Shown piece by piece: positions 1-13,044 of a stretch of DNA of 51,336 nt. Made by a program: the position numbers and the translations under genes. Under the pieces are notes generated by a model, which did not search any database, was not told the DNA's origin, and saw only the letters and a program-made list of their open reading frames with translations. This DNA is from Vicugna vicugna (lineage: Eukaryota), in the NCBI GenBank assembly GCA_013265495.1, contig MU058716.1, forward strand, positions 1 through 51,336, read 5' to 3'. Numbering within the stretch: the stretch's first letter is position 1; every line of letters begins with the position of its first letter.

Positions 1-102
1 AATTTAGATATTTTAATGTATAACAATTTCAGAAGTCATCTTCATTGGAAGACCATTGTTATGGTGGTGCTGACAGAAAATGTGGGTCTGCTTTACTTCT
101 AG

Positions 103-259
103 GCCACTTCTGCTTTGGCTGGTTTGCTGGAAGAAGAAGCTCTGTCCACAACTAGTCGTTTCACAGATACTGCATGGAGGGGGGCTGAGGCTTACCACTT
201 CTTCCTCTTGGCACAGAGGCAGCTCTACGAGGGCAGTGTTGACAGTGCACTGACGACAG
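103..259 (+). CDS. WDR35: WDR35 (IFT121) third-to-last coding exon: [52 protein letters not shown]
   Basis: Pyrimidine tract and AG at 101-102, GT donor at 260-261. The peptide matches the recalled WDR35 motif [18 protein letters not shown]. The terminal G joins CT of the next exon to give an in-frame Ala. Confidence 0.96.
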
Positions 260-588
260 GTGGGCCTGTTAACCTAGTCTGTGTAACATGCCTAAAAAAT
301 TATAAATTGAATATGAAGGGCCAGCTCCTTCACTTTGCCCCTATATTAGTTTCAATAACACTTTTTTTTCTGGATTTATTTCATATGTTCAAGATTTGCT
401 ATCTGTGATTTGTTTTGTACATTTTCTTTTTGAAGTTCTTTTTACTTTTTAATACATGGAAAGCAATATATACATGGTTAATAGAATAAGCAGAAGTTTG
501 AGATAAGGAAAAAGAACATTTATAAAACATTAACTATCTCTATTTTATTTATGCAAAGTTAAACACTTAACAGCCCAGTCCACATTCT

Positions 589-720
589 TGTGTGTGTTTG
601 TGTATATATATATATATATATAATATAAATCTTTACATATTTAATATATAATATAATATAAGAGTCAATGTATATTATATAAAATAAATAAATAAAAATA
701 AAATAAGTATATATATATTT
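589..720. repeat. Intronic (TG)/(TA) microsatellite and AT-rich low-complexity tract
   Basis: tgtgtg...tatatata runs and aaataaat repeats are visible directly. Confidence 0.8.
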
Positions 721-1896
721 AAAAAAATTTTTTACAATGCTGGAAGTGTAACAGACCATACTTATGGGACTTTTTAAAAGACAATGATCTGTTATCAAAT
801 ACTTCCACATTAGTAGATAGATATCTATAGCATTTAACTTTTTAAATAAAAATGATACTTATATAACAGTTTCAACTAAAATAGGAAAAAATGCAAAGAC
901 AAGAGTAAAATAATCTAATAACTTATAAAATAATCTTAAAACTCCAGGATAAGCATCGCTAACATTTGAGTGAACCTCCTTTTAGACATTTCTCCATACC
1001 TATAAAATTGTATACAGTTTTACTTACAATAATATGACACTGTAAATTATTGCCTATGAACCTGTGAAATTAGAGGGTATTCTTTGTTGTAATTCAGTGA
1101 ATTTCCTTTTTTTAAATTTCTTCCGAATGAGCTTTGTTGTAAACACTTGACCCCAGCACCAGTGTATAGTAATCTATTGTAAAACACATGAATATGTTGC
1201 TTTAATTGTTTTATGAAGTTTCCAGTGTTATACTCTAACAAGATATTCTTGAGATTGCCAGGTCTAGAGAATAAAAAGATACAATTTGGTTACTAATGTG
1301 TTACTAACTCCCCAGTGCATTTTAAAGAAAGAGATTATATCTGCAGTGTAGAAGTATTGAAAATAAGACACGGTAGCTGTCAAAATAAATTGTCTGAACT
1401 AACAACTTAGAGTCTCATTTTCATTCTTTTTTCTCAAAGTTCTATTTGTTTCAATAAGACAAACAGAAAAGCAATAATCTGTTCAAAGAAACACAAAGAG
1501 AAAACATATGATTTCATACTTTGCTTTTTTAGCAAAAAGAAACAGGATATTATTTTGAGAATCCACAGAAATATCTGACACACTTATATGGAACAAAAGA
1601 TGTGTGTTTTGACACCTTTTTTTTTTCAGTCTGTGTGTATATTTCTAAATGGCACAGCCACATGCATTATTTGGTGGTGGTTATTTTCATAGGCCCTGAG
1701 TTGTTAGCTGGGTTTGCAGAATGTGGAGATCATGTAGCCTTCATCCTCCTACTGGTTCTTCAGTCACCATTGTTTTCTTTAAGTTTGCTTAAGTTCATGT
1801 AGGTTAAACTGAAACAGCTTAACATAGATTCTTTCCCATGCATGTTCGTGATATCATGATTGCTTTTAAAAATCTAAATTGTCTTCTCTTTCCTAG

Positions 1897-2137
1897 CTCT
1901 TTGCCTGAGAGACTATGAAGACATTATCCCTGCCGTTGAGATCTACTCTCTGTTGGCCCTCTGTGCATGTGCCAGAAGAGCTTTTGGTACCTGTTCAAAA
2001 GCTTTTATTAAACTTGAATCTTTAGAGACCCTCAGTTCAGAACAGAAACAGCAGTATGAAGATCTTGCTCTAGAAATCTTCACCAGACATACTCCAAAAG
2101 ATAACAGAAAATCTGAACTGGACAGCCTTCTTGAAGG
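1897..2137 (+). CDS. WDR35: WDR35 penultimate coding exon: (A)[79 protein letters not shown](G)
   Basis: Acceptor tcttctctttcctag ends at 1896; donor GTAGGC at 2138. Frame is continuous with both neighbouring exons and matches the recalled WDR35 C-terminal region. Confidence 0.96.
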
Positions 2138-2369
2138 GTAGGCTAATTGTAATTAGTAGATGTCAGTCTACCTTATTAAAAGCTTGGATTTTTATGCCTA
2201 AATAGTGTCACACAATAATTGAAGCACTAAATTTTGAAGTAATCTACCTTAATAGTATACCCTACTTTATTTACTCTTGTGAGTGTATATTAATGCTTAT
2301 TTGAAATTTACCTTGAAATGTTTTTCATTCTTCAGTTTTCTTAAGTGTAATAAATAAAGTTTTAAGTAA

Positions 2370-2564
<195 letters not shown>

Positions 2565-2602
2565 AGAAGTGACAAACTATGTATAATTGGAGTGTTTATT
2601 GT

Positions 2603-2608
2603 AATAAA
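2603..2608 (+). terminator. Candidate proximal polyadenylation signal (AATAAA) of WDR35
   Basis: AATAAA about 40 nt after the stop; an ATTAAA also occurs at 2885-2890. Usage cannot be shown from sequence. Confidence 0.4.
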
Positions 2609-3397
2609 GTTGACTCTGAACATCTTATATGAAAATCAGCATTATTATTTCATAGTTGTATTTTATACAAAATTTAGTATATAACATACATGGTATATAC
2701 ACACATATATAAATTATGTATAATTTTGTGTAAAAATATAACTGTTAAATGATGCTAACTTTCATAGAAAGTGTATAGAAATCCATCATATTGTCTGTTG
2801 ATCTATCTTGTGGTTGTTTATATGATGCTATGGAAATATTCCAAACAAGAAATTTTTTTCTCACAGTGTCAGGGTTACTAATTCATTAAAAAGCTTGGTG
2901 CAGAGGAGGAGGGAAGCATGGGAATGGGGCAAAGTTGAATTTAGGGGATTGACATAACCTGTAAGAAAAGGAGGTTTAACAGCTGTAATACTGAAATGAG
3001 CACTATATGTAGCTGTATTTAATTAAGTAAGTTTATTGAATGTCTTCTCTATTTTATTTTTAGAATTGAGGAGAAGGCATTTTAAGACTTTTTTTACAAT
3101 TTGAATTATTTGTAATAGCTTATTTTTTATATAGATTTTACTTTTTTATTTACCCTTTTATATCTTGAGATCTACCCAGCCAATTGACCTTTGCCTATAC
3201 TGTCCACCTCAGGGCTCTCAGTGACCATGGCTACTGAAGAAGCGGGTACCTGCATCTCCTGGATCTGAGTTCACCATCTTTGTCCTTGAAAAAGATTATC
3301 TTTACTCTTTATTAATGCAAGGTCCCATGATACACCTCATTTTCCAAAAACAGGAAGTTTAAGGGTCATCTGCTCCTTTCTGTCCCACAGCCAATTT

Positions 3398-3893
3398 TGT
3401 TAGTTTCTTGTGGCTGCTGTAACAAACGATCACAAATGCTAGACAACACAAACTCACCATCTCACAGCCAGAAGTTCAATGTGGGTCTCACTGTGTTGGG
3501 AGAGTGGTGTCTCTTTCTGGAGTTTCTAAAGGAAACGCTGTGTCCTGGCCCACTCTTGCTCCCTGAGGCTGTGTGCCTGCGTTGGCCTGTGGCCCCTTCC
3601 TCCACCATCAGAGCCGGCACTGAGGGGTCAGTCCCGGCACATGGCCGCATGCTGACTGCACTTCCGTAGTCACAGCCTCTCTGATCTCCTCCGCTTCCAT
3701 TTTTGAGAACCTCTGTGATTACTAGTTGGTCCCTTCTGGATAATTTAGGACAATCTGTTTATCTTAAAGCCAGTTCATTGGCCACCTTGATTCCGTCTAC
3801 AACCTTAATTCCCTTTTGACATACAACTGAACATGTCAGCTTCTGGGGAGTCAGGCACAGGCAGCTTCGGGGGTGGCATTATCTGCCCAAGCA
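3398..3893 (-). mobile_element. MLT1-type (ERVL-MaLR) LTR, old
   Basis: Begins tgttagtttcttgtggctgctgtaacaaa, the reverse complement of the MLT1 3' end. Internal ggataat...ggacaatct...atcttaaag and accttaattcccttttg blocks are typical of MLT1. Confidence 0.75.
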
Positions 3894-6800
3894 TCCAAAC
3901 ACCAACACCCAGCTGGATACTTCATTGATTCCTGATTAATTCTGCAGTTTTCTTTTCCATCATGCTCTTCTTTGAGCCAGTGTTCACAGTGACCATACAT
4001 CCTGGTTTCATGGACAGTCCTGGACTTAACCCCTTTCAGTATCAATCAGGTCCTGATTTAAATGGTCACTTATACGGTTGCTCTGTTAAGTTCCACCGGC
4101 CAGATCACGGAGAGTTCCCCAGTATCACCCAACCGCTCACGCGCACAGCCTCTGCCCTACTCTACCTTCTCTGGACGCCCTGCACTCCATCCTGCATCCA
4201 TGCTTCAAGTGTGGACCCCCACGTCCTGTCTTTTGTTAAACTGTCCCACTCCGTGGAGGCATATCTGCTCATATCTGCTCTCTTGCCAACACTTGCTCGT
4301 CACACGGGCCTCTGTTACTAACTGTGAAGTACAGTGGAGCTATGTTTTCCTTCCCTTCCTGAGGGTGAGCTCCTCGAAGGCAGAAGGCATCTCAGATCTT
4401 CAGACACTCACCTAAGACCCCTGCACGGGGCTACTCTCAGCAAACATGGACAGAGTTGAGATAACAGGGCATCCATCCTCCTGGAAAACTGCAGAGGTGG
4501 AAAGGGTCGCTCCGTCCTCAGTTTATAAATAAATGATGTGCTGACGTGCCAGTGGGTATCTGCACAAGTCCCTTCCAGTCTATTCATTGAACCACAGTTG
4601 TTAACTGTAGAAGGAATTAGAGGATTTTTAGAATCCCTGTTTTGCAGCCTCTATGGAATTACTTGATGCAGGCAATGCCTACTAATGGATGAATCCAGGA
4701 AATGAGTGACGGTAAACCTGAAAATGAGAAGATCAGGAGGCCGCCACCTCAGCCCACTGACTGATCTCAACCGTGAAGCCCGGACCCTGACGCGAGGCTC
4801 CGTGGCTCGCACAGCTCTGCTTGTAACGTGCTCTTCCCCAAACACTGCATCGGAGACTACTCAAGCCTCTACCTCCCGTTTACAAAAACTGAAGACTAGA
4901 AGACCAGCCTTATGACCCGAAGGAACAAACAGACAAGCCCTGTTTGGTTAATATTCTGCAGGGCAATTGATTTAATTCCTGAAAGAAGTCAGTGCACCCG
5001 GTAAAAGGGGGGAGGGGCTTCGGCGCATTAAAGGGACTTGGGAGATTTCACAACTACATTCAGTGCATCAACCTTGTTTGAATTCTGAATCAAACTGACT
5101 TGAAACACATTCATGAGCAGTCAGGGGGAATCTGACTCTGGACCGTGTTTGGGTAAATGCAAGAAATGATTAATCATGTCAGGCGCAACAGTGGGTCTGG
5201 TGATAAGTGAACATGTCCATTTTTTCAGAGATACACGCTGAAACACTTGGGAGTGAAATATTACTATATCTGACATCTGCAAAAAATAGATTGAAAAAAG
5301 GAAAATATGCAAATCAACAGATGAAGCAAATGTGAAAAATAAGACAGCTCTGCTTCCAGATATGTTTGAAATTTTACATCCAATTAAAAAACAGAAATCA
5401 TTACATATATGCGTTAAGTGATTAAGTTAGTAAATGAAATAGTTTTCCCCCAACTGTGAAGCAAATGTTCTCAACAGTCAGTGGGGAAGTCAGACCTGAA
5501 GAGCTGGGCTCAACGGGGAAAGTTTTAGGACCTAAGCCCGTCACGAGTCTGCTCCGGACCCACATAATCTCCATAAAATTATGTGCCAGCCTCGTTTTAC
5601 ACTTGGAAGCCACACAACCAGGCAATGGGCCTCACTTGCCACAAACTCTGCTTCTGGTCTTTGCAAATAGTGGGCAAGCCCCCCTCCCCTCTTTGTTCTC
5701 CCCAGGGTCCCATGTGTCCCCTGCACACAATGGATGCTCAGTTCCTGCCCCTGGGATGAATGGGAGGGGTGGCTGGCTGGGCCTTTGCACATTTGTGATA
5801 CCATAGCTCATGAATGAATGGATGAGGCTCATAAAAAAAGACCATGTTTTGCAGTGAAATTCCTTCATGGTCCTTCTGGGTCCAGAGACTCCTTTTCTAC
5901 AGACATTGTGTCTATAAATCCATATCTACTAGGCCAGGCTCTTGAGTGAATGACTTACCACCTTCCTACCACAGCCCCAAGGATGCTGAAAGCCTCGGAG
6001 CTCATCTGAAATCAAAGGGAAGGTTATCTCCCTGTTGAGAGCTACGTGGACCGAAACGAGGGAGGCAGAGGTGAGAGAAGCAGCCTGCTCCTCCTGAAAC
6101 TCTAGGTCTGCTGGAGTTCAAATTCATGAATCTCCACGCTGATCGCTCCGTTGGTTTTCTGCATAAAAAAACAACAACAAAAAAAACAAAAACAAACAAA
6201 CAAAAAAAACCCAGAGGCACTGGTTTGCATTAGAATCTCATAATATGCTATAAAATCCTTGCCAGAGCCAGCATCTAATTTAAGGATTATCTCTCAATTT
6301 TATGTCTCCCACTCCACCTCTGCCTCTTCCTGCTTCTCCCACTCTGCCTCTGCCTCTTCCTGCTTATTGGCTTCTCCCTTCCCTCCTCCACCTGGCTCCC
6401 TCCCTCCCTTCCTGCTTCTCGCTACCTCTCCCCCAGGCCGCCCCTCCCCACCTTCTCCCCTTCCTCCCCGCTGAGTAAATGTGGGGTCTGTCTGATGTCT
6501 GTGAGTTGGAGAAGTCGAGACAGGTCATGTGCTGGGAGCCGTGATCACCAGATCTGGGGCACGTGGCAGCAGAGCTCTGTCCCGTTGGGTCTGGTTTATA
6601 AATACGCCTGGAGAAATCGGCTCAGCTTCATGGGGTCTCCAGAAATCTGGGTGTTGGGACAGGGCTCACAAGCCACGCCAGCTCCTTCTGAGCCTTCACT
6701 TCTCCCGCCCCAGCACCTCGCTCTGCTCACCCGTTTCCTTCGCTTTTTCTGTCCTCTGGAGAGCTTGCTCCGAGGTTGGAGGAAAGACTCACAATCGACC

Positions 6801-6989
6801 CAAGAGGAAACTGATCAGTGGGAAGGGTCCTGGCGCTTCGGTGCAGACACTGTGTGTGGGCTCCCACCACCTGCCCGGCACACCCAATGTTCTCATTAAC
6901 TGTGTTCAGTCTCCAGCCACACCCGTCGTGGTCCTGCTCCGTGGGAGACGAGGATGCCACTGTGGACAGGACACAGAGGGCCCTTGGAG

Positions 6990-7430
6990 TCCAAGAATGT
7001 GGGTCACAGAAGCCTTGCTCATGACAGCCACAAACTGGAAACATCCCACAAGTCCTTCGATGGGTGAGTGGTCACACAAAACATCCTACACCCAGTCCAT
7101 GGAATGCCGCTTAGCTGTGAGAAGTGACTCCTTGTGGTAACAATTCTCTGTGTCCTGTCTGCTCTGATGGATACATGAACCTACATGTGGTAGAATCGTG
7201 TGGAACTAAATGCACGCCCGCACCCGTGCACCCGGGCACAGGTGGAGCTGCAGGTCTGGAGGAGGGGGTGGGCTGCATCCATGTGGAACCCGGGCTGCAG
7301 GCTTGTGCTGCAGCCTTGCCAGATGTCACCCTGGGGGGGACTGGACAAAGGGCACGTGAGGCCTCTGCATTCGTCTTTACAGCTGCGTGAGATCTACAAT
7401 GATCTCAATAAAAATATACAAACTTTTTTA
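6990..7430 (+). mobile_element. Degraded old L1 (L1M-type) 3' fragment
   Basis: agccacaaactggaaacatcccacaagtccttcgatgggtgagtgg...atggaatgc matches the L1 ORF2 end and 3'UTR. It finishes with atctcaataaaaat. Confidence 0.55.
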
Positions 7431-8307
7431 AAGGAGAAGAGTGGAGGTAGCAAGAAAGAGGTGAGTCCAGTGACTGCGGTGGACTGAGTGTCTCCCCCAC
7501 CCCCAATTCATATTGAATCATGCTGGTGCCCACAGTCCTAGGGGTTATTGTTTATTTCTTCCAGAAAATGTCTAATGAGTTGATGTTTTTCCCCGTAAGT
7601 GACTTCAAAGTCTGTTGCTTGCAACCAAGCGGGTCCTGACTGACAGCACCCTTCTGCTACAAGCTCTGCCCCCTCGTGCTCAGTGAACTGAGTTCTGGGC
7701 AAGACTCAGGGCTGGGTTCTATTTCCTGGTGGATTACAGATGTTCTAACCCTAGCCCTGGGAGCCGGGGCCGGCAGGCAGCTCCAGCCATTCCCCGGGAG
7801 CCCGCTGCCCCGGCCCCCAGCAGCCCCTCTGCAGGCCGCGTGGGCACGCAGCACTCACACGGGGGCACTGGAGCACAGCTCCTCCCCTGCTCCCTGCCTC
7901 CCATCGCCTGTCGCCGAGCAGGGCTGGAGCTCTGGGCACTTAGGCCTTATTTATTACCATGTACTGCTGGCACTTAATGACACATAAATCTCAGATTATG
8001 AAGTCACTGCTCTACATATTCTTGGCTCAAAATGAGCCTCAGGATCAAGTTACCAGGGAAGCAAGCAGGAGGGCATCTTCTAGGTGCCACGGCTCTCACG
8101 CTGGGAATTTTGAAGAAAGGAGTCTTTCCTGCCCAGTGACTTCCCTCCTGCATGTGATTCAAATCCTGGAGTGTCCATTCATCCTTGAGTCAAAGGAATG
8201 GATGAGTGGAAGAAGGTTTGCAGACGAAGAAAGAGGCTCAAAGAAGTGGTGGTTCTGGCCTGAGATCATGCAGCTACGAGTGACTGATGGAGAAATCAGT
8301 GGGTTCT

Positions 8308-8886
8308 TGCGGGGAGCCACTCATGACCTGAGAACTGCCGAGCACAGAACGGGACAATAAATCCCAAAGTGCTGGCGTCAGGCTCTGAGAATGATCTAAC
8401 AAAGACAATCTCTGTCCCGCCACCCCTTTTCAGGAAAGAATGCACCAGGTGATCTAAAAGCCCTAGGAACATCCTGAGCCATTAAGCTACTGATGATCTT
8501 TGAACAGAGAGATACAATCAACATACAAGTTAGTGATCTTAGTTTATAGAAACAACAACCTTAGTTAGTGATCTTGGTATGTGGGAACATATACCCTAGT
8601 TTATGAGTAAATAAACAACACTATAGAACAATGCACAAGTTAGTGAGTTTAGTACACACTGTTTAAACCATAAAACAATACCTGTGCCTACGTGCAAGAA
8701 TGCACAAGGTAGTCACTTGAATTTGTATAAATTAACTGCCTGAAATAAACTCGAGGTCCACTCTTGGCTTAGCGTCTTGCGGGCTAGAGTGAGACCCTCT
8801 CAACCCCACTTTCTAGTCTTGTCTTTCTTTTCTCAGTCCTGCGGCACAGGTTTCTGGACCTGATCGATTGTCGGCTGGCTCCGACA
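8308..8886 (+). mobile_element. Solo LTR (579 bp), ERV2/betaretrovirus-like
   Basis: TG...CA termini with imperfect inverted ends (TGCGGGGAGCC / GGCTCCGACA). Perfect 6-bp TSD GGTTCT at 8302-8307 and 8887-8892. TATAAA at 8726-8731, AATAAA at 8744-8749, and direct repeats in U3. Confidence 0.85.
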
Positions 8887-9710
8887 GGTTCTCCGGCAGA
8901 CTCTGTCGGGATAAACCCGTGCTGGCCTCAGTCACTGACAGCTTCCACCGCCTCTTGCCTCTGGCTCTACGTGTCCTGCAGATAATCTCGGGGGTGTCCC
9001 TGAGGGGCCCCTGGTTTCCCCAAAGTCTTCCTCGTCTTTCTTCCTTTTCTCCACCCAGACCTCAGGCGCAGCTGTTTTTCCTACCATGGACTCGATGGAT
9101 CCTTTCTCTGCCCAGCCACATTCCATTGCTTCCCACTTTCTACCTTTCTCTGCTTCTGAAGTCAGCTTTCTCACTAGCGTCCCACCTCCTGATCAGCTGG
9201 CCTCCCTGCGGGGCACCGAAGGCCAGGCTGGGAGAAGCAGCTCAGCCTGCTTCCTCCTTCCCGAGGTCCCCACAAGCCTGCCAGCCCTGTGACAGCCACG
9301 CTTTCTGCATCCACGGCCCGAGTCTCCCAGGCTTGGACCAGTCCTGCTCCTTGTCTAAGCAGCACGGAGGGCCCATAGGTCAAGGTGCAGGTCTCAATAT
9401 TGGGTTTGGATCCTGCCTTTGGCACCAGTGGACAGTGACACCCTCACCGAGGCTCATTCCGAATAATCCTTTGCACTTTCTGCCAAACTGTTCCCAAAGG
9501 GTCCTGTGTGTGTGTCCCGCTGGGGTGGCAGGGCACTGCCACATCCCCACTAGCTTTGGGTATTAGTCTTGATTTTGTCCCTGATAAACCTGCTGCTGCT
9601 TTCCCAGCACCATGTGACCGCCTGTGACATCACTGTACCTCCCGTGTCCATGTCCCACCTGGGTTTCCTCTTCTGCCGTCGCCTGCTGCAGGGCACATCC
9701 TGGCTTCCCC

Positions 9711-10103
9711 TGTTGGAGAAAACCAGGGCCTGATTGTAAAGCAGTAAAAACAGGTTTTATTCTGGAACTATTGCAATAGAAAAGAGTGTGGACCTCAGTG
9801 TGGACCTGGGTTCATTTCCTACAACAACAGGGAAAGTGGGTACTTGTGGCCCAGGTGCTGGCTGGGGGTGGCTGGAAAATGACACTGGTGGTAGGGCACT
9901 CCTTTGCTGGGGGCAGGAGGGTGACCGGACATCACCGGGGGCAGGTAAGGAAACGGATTAGATATGGAGGGTCAGAGATTCTGGCTAAACCGGCTTGATA
10001 GGATGTCCCCCAAACTGCGCAATGCAGAGCCTGGAGATGGAGGTTGGTTGAGAAAATGGGTCAGGGGATGGGCCTAGAGCTGGCCAAGGAGGGTGTTCTG
10101 TCA
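9711..10103 (-). mobile_element. MER31-like ERV1 solo LTR
   Basis: The minus strand begins TGACAGAACACCCTCCTTGGCC, like the recalled MER31 start, carries AATAAA near its end and finishes with CCAACA. Flanked by CCCC on both sides, a plausible 4-bp TSD. Confidence 0.7.
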
Positions 10104-12692
10104 CCCCCCGGGGCCGCCATCTCTTCTCTTCCAAAGTTTGGAAAACACTAACCCTCGTCTCCTCTTTGCTGGGATGTGATGGCGTCAGGTCTTTGTGGCC
10201 AGGGCACACCTTCCTTTGAAAAGGGACCGTCCTGCAGGCGCCTGGCTGTTTGCTCCACACTTTTCACTCCCTGACGTGGTGGGCCCCCATGACCAGTGCT
10301 CCCACAACGGTACAGGCCAGCTAGAAGCAGCAGGGCCAGGGGTGGGGGCTGGACGCCACTCAAGTGTTGTATCAGAGTGGGGAGGGAGCCCCCCACTTCC
10401 TTCCACCCCGAGTCTGTCCTCGCCAGCACCCCACCCTCCCACATGAGGGTCCACAGGTCCACGGTGGCTCGGGTGTCCTCTCAGTGGTCTATGTGGGACT
10501 TCATCAGGGACCAAGCTGGTGGGAACCCAGGTCTCCTGACCCCCTGCCTTTCCTTCATTCCTTCATGTTCAGATCACAGAAGGTGGGGCTCCCCTTCCTC
10601 CAAAGTGAGAGCCCTGCCGAGTCAAGGAGAGTGTGTTTGGGAAACACATTCTTGCAAGGAATTTGGCGTTGACTGTACTCATGGTCCCAATCAGAGCTAC
10701 CACTCCCCTCCTCCTCCACCTGCTGCCCCGAACCCCACTAGCAATCTTCCCGGGACAGACGCCTTGCTTCCTTGTGCTCTGTCCCCTGGGGCTCTCCCAG
10801 CACAGAAAATGTTACCTTCTGTAACCCACTGTCCCAGCATCCTGACAGCTCTGGCATCTATCCAAAATCTCAAATGGCCACCTATGGGGTAAAGGTGTCA
10901 GTTACCACAAGGACTGGGGGCAGCCACTGGTGGGGGCTCCAGCCATCAGGGGCTCACAGACCAGCCCCAGGGCTGGACCAGTCAGGAGAGCAGGCACCCA
11001 AGACGTGGTGGATATACTGCCCCAACCAAAAGAGCAGGCAGATTTAGCAGGACCTGTGCTGAGCCAGCTGACTCTGACCTGTAGATGCCTTTGCTCCCCC
11101 AGCAGCCCCCCAGATGGCAGGCACTCACCATCCTCTTGAAGACCTATTCTTCTGAGAGCTTTCATATGCATCTTCCCATTCCAAACTCCTAATAGTATTG
11201 GAGGGTGTGTCAGGTGGCCGTGATTATCCTCAGCCTGGAGAGGAGGAGCCTGAGGGCCCAGGGGGACCCGTGGTCTGCCTGGAGATATGCAGCCCTGAAG
11301 GAGCTGGGCCGCAGGCCATCTCCTGTTCTTTTTCCCTCTTGCAGAGAATTCGCCACAATCTCTGCCCAGAGGAATAGGCTGCTGTCTGAGGCGCTCCTTG
11401 GAAGAGTCCAGAGGAAAGGGGTTGGGGGCAGTCTCGGTGCCCCCCGCCATGAGTGACAATCAGTGGGGCTCCAGCGCCCGGAGGGAGGGTAGAGGGCACG
11501 TTCCTGGTTCCTGGTTCCCAGGAGCTGTCGGGGGCCCTCGGTGCACAGTGAGAAGGCTCCATGGTGCCTCGTCCCCCGTGAAAGATGGTCCACGGTGAAT
11601 GCATCTCACATCCGCGTGGGTCAGAGTGAGTTCGGGGACTTCATCTCTGTCCTGCTCCGAGCAGGCGGCACATAAATTGTGCTTCTGGTGGCCCCCTGGA
11701 GAGAGGGTTGACAGCTGGCGGGGCGCCTGCTGCGTGTTAGCGGTGGAGAGGTCCCGACAGCGAGGGGGGCGCGTGCAGGTGGCAGCGGCACCGAGGGAGC
11801 CACAGAAAGGGTGCTTCTCTCTGCATTCCCCACGTTCCCTTCCAGGTCCATAGAGTTTTGTTCTTCTCAGTTGTGAGAGGAAGAGAATGAGGGATTTATT
11901 TCAGAAGGTTTTCTGAAAACCCCTCTACACAGGTGGCCAAGAGCTGACCTGTCGGGCTGACAGATGAACAGCTGAAGTCATAAAGACTCCTAGGTGACAT
12001 TTTTATGAGAGTTATTTCCAAGAGGGTCACTGCCAGTGAACTGCAAGGGCAAACTCACACTTGGTGTTTGGTCTCTTAGAAGACACAGCTCAGAGATCCA
12101 GCCACGAGCAGGGAAGGTTTTGATTTTCTGGGGTCACCGAGAGATAAACACATCTGAACTCTCCCAGGTCATAATGGGCCCCAGTGTCCTGTGCAGGAGG
12201 GACACAAGGCTGACCTCGGGGAACAAAGCTTGGCCAGCACAGACCTCCTTTTCCAGGGCCAGACGGCACAGGTGGGACCCACACTCTTTAGATCTTGTGG
12301 GTCAGATTCCAAGTCCCCCAGATGTCCCCTAAGTCCGAGACTCAAGTTCCGGATTTTCCTTCCACGATCTGGGCGCAACCACTAAGGCCAGAAGGATGCT
12401 GTGGGGCTGGGGAGTGAGCTGAGGAATAAGGTCATGACCCTTTACTCATTGCCCTCAGTTTCCATGTCTGAAAGTGGGAACATGGTCAACTCTGTTGTTC
12501 TGTTGTGACCTATTCATTGGATCTAAGTTGTCACCAATTGCCACCAATCGTCACTGATTGCAAGAAAAAAGCCCCCCCATTGTACCTACATGGGATACAC
12601 TCCTGTCTCCTAGAACCAGTGTGCACATTATAGATTTTTATCCTACACCACCTTTGTGCATATGTAAAACAGAAGTGAAGTCAATTGGCTAA

Positions 12693-13044
12693 TATATTTA
12701 TATTCAGTGTTGTAACAAATCATCACACACTTATTACCTTATGATTCTGCAGGTAAGATATTCAACATGGGTTTCACCGGGCAAAACCCAAGGTGTTGGT
12801 TGGTAGGACTGGTTCATCCCCGAGGGTCTCAGGAGCATCCACTCCTTTGCTGTTTCCAGCTTCTCGAGGCGGCCGCATTCCTTGGCTCGTGGCTCCTTCC
12901 CCCAACATCAAAGCCAGCCAAATAAGCTATTCAGGGTCAACTGAGACGCATCCTTAATCCCTCCTTGTCATGTGACATAGCATGGTCACAGGTTCTGGAG
13001 AGTAAGACGAGGACATCTTTGGAGGTCACCATCTGACCAGCCAC
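12693..13044 (-). mobile_element. MLT1-type MaLR LTR, old
   Basis: Contains tgttgtaacaaatcatcacacactt, tttccagcttctcgaggcggccgcattccttggctcgtgg and cacaggttctggag...ggacatctttggagg, all characteristic of MLT1. Confidence 0.75.

Noticed and set aside
260..408. Extension of ORF 115..408 beyond SALTT
   Set aside because: WDR35 similarity ends at the GT donor at 260; the rest is intron read-through.
6495..7140. ORFs of 134-203 aa
   Set aside because: No recognisable domain; GC-rich sequence with few stops; the 3' part runs into a decayed L1.
11287..11308. ATGCAGCCCTGAAGGAGCTGG resembles my recollection of the start of TTC32 exon 2
   Set aside because: Only about 12 bp match and the following sequence does not encode TTC32 residues; chance similarity.
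8868..11604. Long ORFs (232, 198 and 185 aa) in GC-rich DNA
   Set aside because: Pro/Ser/Leu/Gly-biased and overlapping on both strands, with no homology. The sequence after the LTR shows the TSD rather than a primer-binding site or gag.
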